Positions 1-9,058 of a stretch of 64,000 nt of DNA are shown one piece after another. The stretch lies in NCBI GenBank assembly GCA_947588945.1, contig CANPZY010000001.1, positions 17,446-81,445 of the forward strand, in the 5' to 3' direction. Both the position numbers and the translations under genes were made by a program. Numbering within the stretch: position 1 is the first letter of the stretch; each line of letters opens with the position of its first letter. The notes below the pieces were generated by a model. It was not told where the DNA came from. It ran no database searches and saw nothing but the letters and a program-made list of their open reading frames with translations. This DNA comes from an uncultured Clostridia bacterium. GTDB taxonomy: Bacteria > Bacillota > Clostridia > TANB77 > CAG-508.

Positions 1-72
1 GCGAATGGAGCGCTGAAATGAAATTTCAGCTAGCGACAGCAAGCCACAAAAAGCATTATATTTTTATTTTGC
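1..72 (+). repeat. GC-rich hairpin-embedded repeat, copy A (5' part cut off by window edge)
   Basis: Begins GCGAATGGAGCG, then a perfect hairpin CTGAAAT-gaa-ATTTCAG, then CTAGCGACAGCAAGCCAC and an AT-rich arm. Same order as the copies at 5184, 14931 and 25970. Confidence 0.7.
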
Positions 73-307
73 ATTTAATTTTTTTATTATTTTCAATTAC
101 CTTTCATTTATTTATATAAAATTTTAACTTATTATAATTACTATTTTAATGTTGTAACAAATAAAAAAATATGATAATATTAAAAAAACTAATGAAAAAT
201 TTTTAGAATTAATTTCTATATTATTTTTCTTAATTTGTATTCAATTACAAAATAAGAAAGGAGAAATTCGTATAATAAATTTATTTACATTATACGAAGA
301 ATAACTT

Positions 308-1774
308 ATGAAAAGCAATAATAAAACAATGATACAATATTTTGAGTGGTATCTTCCTAACAATTGCAATTTATGGCAAAAACTAATAAAAAAAGCTCCA
401 GAACTTAAAAAGTTAGGCATCACCTCTATATGGCTTCCCCCAGCTTGTAAATGTGCTGGAGGAATAAATGATACCGGTTATGGTGTGTATGATTTATATG
501 ATTTAGGTGAATTCAATCAAAAGGGAACTGTTAGAACAAAATATGGAACTAAAGATGAATATATTGCAGCAATTAGAGCTCTTCAATTAGAAGGAATTCA
601 AGTTCTAGCTGATATTGTTTTAAATCATAGAATGGGTGCTGATGAAAAACAAGATATTATATCATATAAAATAAATCCAGATAATAGAAACGAGGTAATC
701 GGAGATTTAAGGCATATATCTGCTTGGACTAAATATAATTTTGAGGGCAGACACAATAAGTATTCTGATTTTAAACTTGATTGGTCACATTTTACCTCTA
801 TTGATTATGATGATAACGCAAAAGAAACTGGAATTTTTAGATTTTATGGAAAACATTTTAGTGATGAAGTTGATAAAGAGCTTGGAAATTATGATTACTT
901 AATGGGCTGTGATGTTGACTTTAATAATTTAGATACAGTTGATGATCTTAATTCTTGGGGCAAGTGGTTTTTAACTCAAACAAATGTCGATGGTTTTAGA
1001 TTAGATGCTGTAAAACATATCCGTTCATCATTTTATAAAAGATGGCTTTCTCGATTAAAAAATACTTTTAATAAAGATTTATTTACAGTTGGAGAATATT
1101 TTAGTACAAATGTTGATTCATTAATTAATTACTTAGACTATAATGACCAAGTAGATTCACTTTTTGATGTTCCTTTACATGATCATTTTAAAATAGCTTC
1201 TGAAAGTTCTGGTTATTATGATATGAGACAAATCTTTGAAGATACTCTAGTTGATAGAAGACCATCAAAAACAGTTACTTTTGTTGATAATCATGATACA
1301 GAGCCAGGACAGTCTCTTGAATCATGGATAAAAGATTGGTTTAGACCTCTTGCATACAGCATGATAATGCTTAGAGAAAAAGGAATTCCTTGCATTTTTT
1401 ATGGTGATTATTATGGTGTTCCAGATAAAAATATACCTTCTATGAAAGAATTTTTAGATATTCTTTTACTTGCTAGAAAAAATTTAGCTTATGGAAAACA
1501 ACGAGATTATATAGATGATCCTGATATTATTGGATGGACTCGTGAAGGAGATTACTATCACCAAGATTCTGGTTTAGCTGTAATTCTAAGTGACGGTAAA
1601 GGTGGATGTAAACAAATGAATGTTGGAAAAAATCTTGCAAACACAGTTTTATATGATTGTACTGGTAATATAAAAGAAACTGTATATGTTGATGAAGATG
1701 GAAATGGGATTTTCTATGTAAATGGTGGAAGCGTTTCTGTTTGGATAAAAAAAGATAATATGTATAATTTATAA
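308..1774 (+). CDS. Alpha-amylase, GH13 family, no signal peptide (cytoplasmic type)
   Basis: 488-aa ORF with GH13 motifs MIQYFEWY, DIVLNH, GFRLDAVKH, GEYF and FVDNHD. The N-terminus lacks a hydrophobic leader. Confidence 0.93.
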   Translation: MKSNNKTMIQYFEWYLPNNCNLWQKLIKKAPELKKLGITSIWLPPACKCAGGINDTGYGVYDLYDLGEFNQKGTVRTKYGTKDEYIAAIRALQLEGIQVLADIVLNHRMGADEKQDIISYKINPDNRNEVIGDLRHISAWTKYNFEGRHNKYSDFKLDWSHFTSIDYDDNAKETGIFRFYGKHFSDEVDKELGNYDYLMGCDVDFNNLDTVDDLNSWGKWFLTQTNVDGFRLDAVKHIRSSFYKRWLSRLKNTFNKDLFTVGEYFSTNVDSLINYLDYNDQVDSLFDVPLHDHFKIASESSGYYDMRQIFEDTLVDRRPSKTVTFVDNHDTEPGQSLESWIKDWFRPLAYSMIMLREKGIPCIFYGDYYGVPDKNIPSMKEFLDILLLARKNLAYGKQRDYIDDPDIIGWTREGDYYHQDSGLAVILSDGKGGCKQMNVGKNLANTVLYDCTGNIKETVYVDEDGNGIFYVNGGSVSVWIKKDNMYNL

Positions 1775-1851
1775 TTCTAATATTATATTGTTTATTGTAA
1801 AACATCTGAAGCTAAAAAATGAAAGTAGGCAAAAAGTTTGTAAAATCGAAG

Positions 1852-1892
1852 AATAAATGTAAACACAAAAAAATGTTTACATTTATTTTTTT
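1852..1892 (+). terminator. Intrinsic terminator after the amylase gene
   Basis: AATAAATGTAAACA / TGTTTACATTTATT stem followed by a T-run. Confidence 0.6.
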
Positions 1893-1984
1893 ACACAAAA
1901 ATCAGAAAATATTTTATTGTTTGCGAAATGTCGCAACTATTTAAAAATCTCTTTTGGTATAATTTTGACGAAAAGAGGTGTAAA

Positions 1985-2227
1985 ATGGAATTATGTTACG
2001 CTATACAAAATAGAATAATAGATTTATGTGATGAACAAGACATATCACTAAATAAATTAGCAACAAAATCCGGACTTCCTTTTTCAACAATTTTTAGTAT
2101 ATTTTATGGAAAAAGTAAAAGCCCAAGGCTATCAACTATATTACATATATGCGAGGGTTTTAATATTGACTTATCCGAATTTTTCAATGATCCGATATTT
2201 GATGATGTTGAATACGAAGATGAATAA
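1985..2227 (+). CDS. XRE-family helix-turn-helix transcriptional regulator
   Basis: HTH_3-like core ISLNKLATKSGLPFSTIFSIFYGK. I prefer the ATG at 1985, preceded by AAGAGGTG, over the ORF-track start at 1928. Confidence 0.75.
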   Translation: MELCYAIQNRIIDLCDEQDISLNKLATKSGLPFSTIFSIFYGKSKSPRLSTILHICEGFNIDLSEFFNDPIFDDVEYEDE

Positions 2228-2230
2228 AAC

Positions 2231-2262
2231 TCTATCTAAAAAATGTAGATAGAGTCTTTTTT
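2231..2262. terminator. Bidirectional terminator between convergent genes
   Basis: ACTCTATCTA-aaaaatg-TAGATAGAGT flanked by A/T runs. Confidence 0.55.
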
Positions 2263-2962
2263 ATTGCAAAACGTTTAGTGTATCACTTTCATTAATTCCA
2301 TTTAAATTATAATACGTATCTGGTATATTACCAACTATGACTGCTTCTGCTAATAACACCTGCGTTTGAACATCTTCATCAATATCTTTATAGGGTGAAA
2401 GCATTGTAATATGGCAAGTTATATCTATATAAATTCTATGAAGAGTTTGATTAATACCTGCATCTGAAAATTCTGATTTTATATTTGTTTCTATATTGCC
2501 TTCTGTAACTAAAATTAATCTAATTTTAGGCCCCTTTCCAATAAAAAATTTATTACCTGTAATTGTACCTAAGCTTATATCAAATTTAGAATTTCCTTGC
2601 TTGCTTAATTCTTCCTGAACTTGAAGAGCAATACTTGAGCAAAGTTGATTTATCGTTATTACATCTAACTTTATTAATTTAACATTACCATCTTCATCTT
2701 TTTCTACAGAACATAAATCTTGATAGGATATTCCTTCTGTTTTTTCTTTTGTTGCATTGTTAGAAATTGTAGCTGCTGCTGATCTAGCTAAAACTCTTGA
2801 TTGCCTTTCTATAAATGGAGTAATTCCATCTATTATTTTTACCGCTGAAAAGTATGCAATTATTATAACTATCATTAAAATTATCAAGAATTTTTTATGT
2901 CTATCTATTTTTTTCGTACTAACTATTCTCGGTATTCGAAATCTTGAATAAATCTTATCCAT
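2261..2962 (-). CDS. yunB: Sporulation protein YunB
   Basis: 233 aa with an N-terminal TM segment. The C-terminal part (GTITGNKFFIGKGPKIRL..., INQTLHRIYIDI) resembles B. subtilis YunB. Confidence 0.8.
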   Translation of the reverse strand: MDKIYSRFRIPRIVSTKKIDRHKKFLIILMIVIIIAYFSAVKIIDGITPFIERQSRVLARSAAATISNNATKEKTEGISYQDLCSVEKDEDGNVKLIKLDVITINQLCSSIALQVQEELSKQGNSKFDISLGTITGNKFFIGKGPKIRLILVTEGNIETNIKSEFSDAGINQTLHRIYIDITCHITMLSPYKDIDEDVQTQVLLAEAVIVGNIPDTYYNLNGINESDTLNVLQ

Positions 2963-2963
2963 C

Positions 2964-4490
2964 TTACCCCATATATTTTTCTATAAACAATTGTTGACCT
3001 GGCATTATTTGATTACTTTTTAATTCATTTGTATCAATTATACTTTGAACTGTACTATTAAATTCTTTAGCAATTTTCCATAAACTATCATTTTTTCTTA
3101 CTTGATATATAACCATATTATAATCATCTTGATTTGCATTTTCTATTTCTTGTATATCATTAATTAACCTTAATTGTACATCATTTGAAGATATTATATT
3201 AAAGTTAATATCTAATTTAATATTAATTTCGCCTCCATGCAATATATTAAAATCTTGCAAACTTACATCTGTTTTTAATTTTATATTTGCATCTCTATTT
3301 AACCCATTACAACTAATTTTATTTTCAAAAGGTATACTTAAACTTTTCGTCTGAATTCCTGTATTTCCATTTGATGAACAAATAAATATTAAATTAATAT
3401 TTCCACTAACCCAAACTTCATTATCATTTACTTTTATATCTTCAACAAGAACATTAACATCTACATCATAAACTTTTTCATCTGCCATGCTTAATAGTTC
3501 TTTTTGATTTACATTTAAAGTTCCATTAAACATTGACTTATTTTGTATCATCTGAATATTATTTTGTTTAAAACTTAAATTCGTGCTAGGACTATATAAA
3601 TCTTCAATAACATTTATTTCTTTATTATTATACGCAATTGCATTTATCCCAATCTCCACTTCTGCATATATTGAATGTTCGCTTGCACTATTTGGTTTTA
3701 TCACCATATTCTTTATCTCAAAATCGTATTCACAAGGGTCATTTTCATTAATGTCTTGCATATCAATAAATCCTATAATAGGAAATTTTGCATTAGCTGT
3801 ATTTATTCTTCCATCCTCTGTTAAATATAATATTTTCAAACGTAAATCAGCCTTAGCTAAGATTTTATTATAACTAATTTTTATATTTCTATTTCCTATA
3901 TCACTATTTACCTTTAAAATTTCCGCTAAATTATCATTTGCATCAATTTTTATAGTTTCTTTTACTGTTGACCTAGTTTGACCAACACCTAAAACTGTAT
4001 TAACTTGAATTGTCTTTTCTAATTTCTGTATATCTTTTAAATCAACATTATTAACATATTCAACCTCATTACTTGCTAGCACTTGTATGTCAAAGTTTAA
4101 CATTGCCTTTAAATTTATTTTTCTTTCATTTATTATTCTACTTTCTATTGAAAGTAATTTAACATCTATATTTACATTCATATCAGATGTAATATCTTCT
4201 ATATTAAAACTTTGAGAAAAGTCTAAAACATGATTTACGCTTCTTACACCTTTAGTCTTTCCATCATCTCCAATGTACATAACATATACATTTACTGCAC
4301 CATCAATTCTAATTTTTCCATCCATTACTTCTTTTTTATAAACATTTACTATTCCACTTGTTCCAACAATTTCTAGTATGTCCGGTTTTATGTCAGGAAC
4401 AATGCTATCTCCTTCAATTGTTATTGATTCATTTTGATTTGAAATAATTTGATTGACAGCTAGTTTATTTTTTTCTAACTTTACAGCCAT
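2964..4490 (-). CDS. DUF3794 (SPOCS)-type repeat protein with C-terminal LysM domain
   Basis: 508 aa. The N-terminus (VPDIKPDILEIV) is typical of DUF3794. The C-terminus (YQVRKNDSLWKIAKEFNSTVQSIIDTNEL...GQQLFI) is a LysM motif. RBS GGAGGT is present. Confidence 0.75.
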   Translation of the reverse strand: MAVKLEKNKLAVNQIISNQNESITIEGDSIVPDIKPDILEIVGTSGIVNVYKKEVMDGKIRIDGAVNVYVMYIGDDGKTKGVRSVNHVLDFSQSFNIEDITSDMNVNIDVKLLSIESRIINERKINLKAMLNFDIQVLASNEVEYVNNVDLKDIQKLEKTIQVNTVLGVGQTRSTVKETIKIDANDNLAEILKVNSDIGNRNIKISYNKILAKADLRLKILYLTEDGRINTANAKFPIIGFIDMQDINENDPCEYDFEIKNMVIKPNSASEHSIYAEVEIGINAIAYNNKEINVIEDLYSPSTNLSFKQNNIQMIQNKSMFNGTLNVNQKELLSMADEKVYDVDVNVLVEDIKVNDNEVWVSGNINLIFICSSNGNTGIQTKSLSIPFENKISCNGLNRDANIKLKTDVSLQDFNILHGGEINIKLDINFNIISSNDVQLRLINDIQEIENANQDDYNMVIYQVRKNDSLWKIAKEFNSTVQSIIDTNELKSNQIMPGQQLFIEKYMG

Positions 4491-4554
4491 AGCTTACCTC
4501 CTTAATATTTACTTAAATATATGCGAGGTATGCTAAAATATGATTAGATTTTAA

Positions 4555-4592
4555 AAATAAAAAATACACCTTTATTTAATAAATAAGGTGCA
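4555..4592 (-). terminator. Terminator after veg
   Basis: CACCTTATTT / AAATAAAGGTG stem followed by a U-run on the minus strand. Confidence 0.5.
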
Positions 4593-4619
4593 TTTGAATG
4601 TATATTAAATATACATATT

Positions 4620-4922
4620 TTAGTCTAATGACGTTTTAACTTTCTTTTGAGTTTTAACCATTGGTGGAATAAGTGGGCTATAACTTTCTCCATCAAATAC
4701 GTCAACCTCAACAGTTCTCGTTAGTACATCTTTATATTGGTATGAAACATTTCTTTCGTTTTCTTCATACTTAACCACAAAAATATTAGGATAAGCTTTT
4801 TCTATTGTTGCTTCTTTTTCAAACGATCTACTTCTTCCTAAAGATCCTTTTACTATTATCTTTTGACCAATTTTTTCTTTAATATCTGTCTGTAAGTTAA
4901 TAATATCCTCTTGGTAAATCAT
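4620..4922 (-). CDS. veg: Veg protein
   Basis: 100 aa. GRSRSFEKEATIEKAYPNIFVV...VSYQYKDVLTRTVEV aligns to B. subtilis Veg. RBS AGGTGA is present. Confidence 0.85.
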   Translation of the reverse strand: MIYQEDIINLQTDIKEKIGQKIIVKGSLGRSRSFEKEATIEKAYPNIFVVKYEENERNVSYQYKDVLTRTVEVDVFDGESYSPLIPPMVKTQKKVKTSLD

Positions 4923-5070
4923 TTAATCACCTACTTTTCTTATGATGAATTTATGCTACCATTTTTGTCGAAAAAAGTCAAAAAAAATTATGTCTATTGA
5001 CTATTAATTTTACAGTATTTTCAATACTTTGATGGTATTGTTACAAATATGTTACAATTTGTTTTTTTGC

Positions 5071-5116
5071 AAAAAAATAAACATAATTCCTTATTTCAAA
5101 ATTATGTTTATTTTTA
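5071..5116. terminator. Bidirectional intrinsic terminator
   Basis: ATAAACATAAT / ATTATGTTTAT 11-bp stem with an A-run before and a T-run after. Confidence 0.55.
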
Positions 5117-5183
5117 CTGTAAACTTATTTGAACTATTAATTTGCAATAATATAAAAATATATATAATCTATAAACATATAAA

Positions 5184-5305
5184 ACAAATAAAAATACAAT
5201 AGTTTGCAGTTGTGCGCAGCGACCAAGCGTAAGCGCGAATGGAGCGATAAAACTTTTGTTTTATCTGCGACAGCAAACAACAAAAACTATTGTATTTTTA
5301 TTTGT
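5184..5305 (+). repeat. GC-rich hairpin-embedded repeat, copy B
   Basis: Perfect 22-nt inverted arms (5184-5205 and 5284-5305) enclose a 78-nt GC-rich core. The core contains AAGCGCGAATGGAGCG, the hairpin ATAAAAC-tttt-GTTTTAT and CTGCGACAGCAA. The element lies 13 nt beyond the spoIIQ-like stop. Confidence 0.85.
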
Positions 5306-5317
5306 ATTTTATTTTTT

Positions 5318-6172
5318 TTATTTTATATATATATCCGGATTAACATATTCTCCATCTTTTAGGATTTCAAAATGCAAATGACTTCCATCAAGAGTTTCAA
5401 ATACAGCTGAATTTCCAACTGTTCCAATTGATTGACCTTGTTGAACTTCATCCCCTTCTTTTACAAATTCTGTACTAAGCAAGCTTGAATATACAGTTTG
5501 AAATCCATTTTTATGATCTATTGTTATACTTAGTCCATATCTAGGATCTTCTTTTATATATTTTACAGTTCCTGAAGCTGATGCTTTTACAACTGTAGTT
5601 TTATCTGCTTTTATATCAATTCCTCTATGAGTAATCCATTCTTGAAGCGTATTAGAATAAGTTAAACTATCCATTGAATAACTTGTTATATTTTCTCCAT
5701 CTACTGGCTTTATAAATTGATCTTGAGCCTGATTTTCACCTGTAGCATTTTTATTTGATGTATCCTTTGCGTTTGGATTAAGTTCATCTTCATCATTATT
5801 TTCTTTATTTGTGTTACTGTTATTATTTGAATTATTTTCAGTTACTTGATTATTATTAGTATTTTCATTATCTTCATTTGATTCATTAGTAAAAACTTGA
5901 TTTTGTATCACATTTTCAGAATCACCAGTTGCATTGGTATTTACATTTGTATTATTTTTTATTTCTTCTCTAATTTCATTTACCGTTCTACTAAATTCTG
6001 AACTTGTTTGTTCTACTATTGTTACATTCCTATTTATTTTTGCTTCTCTTGTGGCCTTTTCTTCATTTGCTGATAAAACTATTGCTATTAATAGTAAAAA
6101 AATGGATATTAAAAATCCCGTAATACTAAGCCATTTTTTATTATTTTTTTCTTCATTTTTTCTTTCTCTCAT
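5318..6172 (-). CDS. spoIIQ: M23/LytM-domain sporulation protein, SpoIIQ-like
   Basis: N-terminal TM segment, an N/E-rich linker and a C-terminal M23 domain with HRGIDI and HLHFE metal-ligand motifs. It sits directly downstream of spoIID. I prefer the ATG at 6172, which has an AGGAGG RBS. Confidence 0.7.
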   Translation of the reverse strand: MRERKNEEKNNKKWLSITGFLISIFLLLIAIVLSANEEKATREAKINRNVTIVEQTSSEFSRTVNEIREEIKNNTNVNTNATGDSENVIQNQVFTNESNEDNENTNNNQVTENNSNNNSNTNKENNDEDELNPNAKDTSNKNATGENQAQDQFIKPVDGENITSYSMDSLTYSNTLQEWITHRGIDIKADKTTVVKASASGTVKYIKEDPRYGLSITIDHKNGFQTVYSSLLSTEFVKEGDEVQQGQSIGTVGNSAVFETLDGSHLHFEILKDGEYVNPDIYIK

Positions 6173-6312
6173 ATATATCCTCCTAAAAAATTTCTTAATT
6201 GAATTATTTCCATTTTTTAGGCTTATATACATTTATTTACAAATAAAATTGACATATATAATTAATACACAAAAAAGAATATATACACATATAATAACCA
6301 GAAAATCACTAC

Positions 6313-7312
6313 CTACATATCCACAATTTCTACACCTGTGTAAAAATGCTTAATAATATCTTCGTAGTTACTGCCATTCTTCGCCATACTATCTGCACCT
6401 GTTTGACTCATTCCTACTCCATGCCCATAACCAATAACACTAAATTTAATATTATCTCCATCAATTTGTACATTAAAATTAGCTGATCTTAGCCCTAACA
6501 TAGTTCTAACTTCCACACCTGATAAATTTAAGTTTCCTATTTTTATAGTTTTAACTCTCTGCCCCTCTGTATAATCTAAAATTTTTATGCAATCTTCTTG
6601 ATTATAATCTATATTAAAATCTTGGTGTTTTTCTAAAAGCTTTTCCTTCAATTCTTCTTTAGATAATATAACCTCAGAGCTGTATTGAGAATATGCATCT
6701 TCTCCAGCTGTTTCAACTGATTGTAAATATGGATAATTTGTTCCTCCCCAAACTTCTTTTGGACTTTCAGTAATTCCACCACTATTTGAATGGAAAAAAG
6801 CATCTATAACTTCCCCTTCATATACAATCATCTTTCCTTTCGTTTCATTCACAGCTTTTACAATTTTATTCCAGTTTTCTTCCCTTACTCCTTCATCCCA
6901 TCTTGCCATTCTATCTTCTTTTGAAATCCATGCTTGACAGCAATTTGAATCATCACAAATATCTGCATTTTCATGTTTCTTTCCATTTTTAATTGTATAT
7001 AATGTATATGTTCTTGCAACAACAGCCTGTGCTTTTAAAGCCTCTAATTCAAAGGTTGCTGGCATTTCACTTGAAACGACACCTAATAAATATTCATCTA
7101 ATCCGCATTTCTTCAACTCTATCTTCATTTTTATGTAATAATTTTATAGTTCCATGTTCCTTATAATTATATGGTTCAACTTTTTCTTCCACCACATTTG
7201 TAATATTTTCTGGCTCTTTCACAGCAGTACTATAAAAAGAATTTGCAAATATTGCCGGAATAATAAATATTAATATAATAAAAATAAAAAATAATAAAAA
7301 AAATTTTTTCAT
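6313..7312 (-). pseudogene. spoIID: Stage II sporulation protein D (SpoIID), split by an apparent +1 frameshift
   Basis: ORF 7094-7312 encodes the signal-anchor N-terminus. ORF 6313-7128 encodes the SpoIID domain (ARTYTL, HSNSGGITES, GHGVGMSQ). The two frames meet at an A5 run (plus strand T5, 7128-7132). Confidence 0.85.
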
Positions 7313-8013
7313 TATGCTTCTTTTAATTCCTTACTTAAATTTTCTAAAACTCTTTTTTCTATTCTTGAAACTTGTACTTGGCTAATTCCAATAATGTCAG
7401 CTACCTTTTTTTGAGTTTGACATTTATAATATCGTAAAAAAATTATCTTTTTTTCTCTTGGTTCTAAATTATTTATGCATTGCTTTAATGCTAGTTTATT
7501 AACTATTATTTCTTCGTTATTTTCCTTTGAAGCGAGTCTATCTATTAAAGTAATGTCATCATCATCTGACTTATCATATATTGACTTTATAGATTGTTTA
7601 CTGTCAAGTGCTATTGCTATTTCTTCTTTTTCAACCTTTAATTTTTTTGCTAAATCTTCAATGCTTATATCAGGATTTTGTTTTTGCTCTATGGCAATTT
7701 TGCTTGATAATTCTTGTATTTGCCTAGAAATTTTTATTGGTCCATTATCTCTTAAAAATCTTTTTATTTCTCCTATTATATATGTTACAGCAAAAGTTGA
7801 AAGCATCACATTATAAGAAAAATCAAATTTTTGAACTGCTTTTATAAAACCTATTGCCCCAATCTGATATATATCTTCAAATTCATAACCTCTATTTTCA
7901 AATCTTTTTGCTATATTTACAATTAATCCTTTATTTTCCAAGACAAGTTCATTAAGCACATTCTTGTTTCCATTCTGTGCTTCTAATATTTTTATCTTAA
8001 GATTTTCGTCCAC
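7312..8013 (-). CDS. sigF: Sporulation sigma factor SigF
   Basis: 233-aa sigma-70-family protein immediately after spoIIAA-spoIIAB. GTG start with an AGGAGAAG RBS. Region 4 reads VADIIGISQVQVSRIEKR. Confidence 0.9.
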   Translation of the reverse strand: MDENLKIKILEAQNGNKNVLNELVLENKGLIVNIAKRFENRGYEFEDIYQIGAIGFIKAVQKFDFSYNVMLSTFAVTYIIGEIKRFLRDNGPIKISRQIQELSSKIAIEQKQNPDISIEDLAKKLKVEKEEIAIALDSKQSIKSIYDKSDDDDITLIDRLASKENNEEIIVNKLALKQCINNLEPREKKIIFLRYYKCQTQKKVADIIGISQVQVSRIEKRVLENLSKELKEA

Positions 8014-8030
8014 TTATCTTCTCCTATTTT

Positions 8031-8534
8031 CTATGCTCCTAATGTATTTTTTATGTCTTCTTTTTGTTTTTCATCTGATAAATTATCTTCTTTTAAATCT
8101 TCTTTAGGAGTAATTTTCTTTTTCATAATAACCCTTGTGCCAAATCCTAAAGCTGATTCAACCTTTACTTCGTCCATAAAACTTTCCATTATTGTAAAGC
8201 CCATTCCTGACCTTTCTAAATCTGGCTTAGATGTATATAATGGTTTCATTGCCATCTCAACATTTTCAATTCCTTTACCGTTATCTATGATTTCAATTTG
8301 AACTGTATCTAAATAAATTCTTGCTTCAATTTTTACAGTGCCCTCTCCTTCTTCATAACCATGAATAATACTATTTGTTACAGCCTCTGAAATTGCCGTT
8401 TTTATATCTGATAATTCATCAATAGTAGGATCCAGCTGTGATACAAATGCTGCAACTGCTATTCTTGCAAATGCTTCATTACAAGTTTTACTTGAAAATT
8501 CTAATTTCATTTCATTATCATATAGCCTCTTCAT
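8031..8534 (-). CDS. spoIIAB: Anti-sigma F factor (serine kinase) SpoIIAB
   Basis: GHKL motifs [16 protein letters not shown] and GMGFTIM. Overlaps the end of spoIIAA. Confidence 0.9.
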   Translation of the reverse strand: MKRLYDNEMKLEFSSKTCNEAFARIAVAAFVSQLDPTIDELSDIKTAISEAVTNSIIHGYEEGEGTVKIEARIYLDTVQIEIIDNGKGIENVEMAMKPLYTSKPDLERSGMGFTIMESFMDEVKVESALGFGTRVIMKKKITPKEDLKEDNLSDEKQKEDIKNTLGA

Positions 8535-8868
8535 TGTTTTCCTCCTTTGCTATTAAACCTTCATTATTAATTTTAATTATTCTTGATACTCCACTCATAT
8601 CAAATATTTTTTTAAGCCTTCTATTTACATTAATTAATTCAAATTCTCCTCCTAACATCTTTACTAATTTATATCTTCCAAGTACCATTCCTATTCCTGA
8701 ACTATCCATAAATGTTATATTTGTAAAATCAAAAATTACCTTTTTTGAATTATAAATTTCTATTTCATTATCTAATTTTCTTCTAATATTATCTGCTGTA
8801 TGTTGGTCAATTTCTTCTGTTATTATTAATGTAAGTATTTTATTTTCTTTGTCATACTTCGAAATCAT
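8518..8868 (-). CDS. spoIIAA: Anti-sigma F factor antagonist SpoIIAA (STAS)
   Basis: STAS domain with the phosphorylatable motif [19 protein letters not shown]. Confidence 0.9.
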   Translation of the reverse strand: MISKYDKENKILTLIITEEIDQHTADNIRRKLDNEIEIYNSKKVIFDFTNITFMDSSGIGMVLGRYKLVKMLGGEFELINVNRRLKKIFDMSGVSRIIKINNEGLIAKEENNEEAI

Positions 8869-8932
8869 CTTACTCCCTCCTTTGTTTAAAATTATTTTTT
8901 ATAATTTAAGATTTTATTTTTGCTCAAACTAT

Positions 8933-8967
8933 AAAAAAAGAAACTATAAATATTATAGTTTCTTTTT
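8933..8967. terminator. Bidirectional terminator-like hairpin upstream of spoIIAA
   Basis: GAAACTATAA-ata-TTATAGTTTC stem with an A7 run before and a T5 run after. Confidence 0.55.
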
Positions 8968-8990
8968 CCATTTATTTCCATAGTAAGTTT

Positions 8991-9016
8991 TGTCGATTTA
9001 TAAAAAGTTTTCGACA
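8991..9016. promoter_or_regulatory. Inverted pair of Spo0A-box-like heptamers
   Basis: TGTCGAT (plus strand, 8991-8997) and TGTCGAA (minus strand, 9010-9016) form the palindrome TTGTCGA-N12-TCGACAA upstream of the spoIIA operon. The 0A-box consensus is TGTCGAA. Confidence 0.35.
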
Positions 9017-9058
9017 AGAAATCTATTTTAAAGTTTTTTTATTCATATTACTATTAGT

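Noticed and set aside
5184-5305. Interpretation of the GC-rich repeats as MITEs, integron attC sites or IS200/IS605 ends
   Set aside because: The flanks are inverted rather than direct duplications and differ between copies, so there is no fixed TIR or TSD. No attC R/L core sites are present, and no transposase or integrase lies nearby. I keep the element as an unclassified structured repeat instead.
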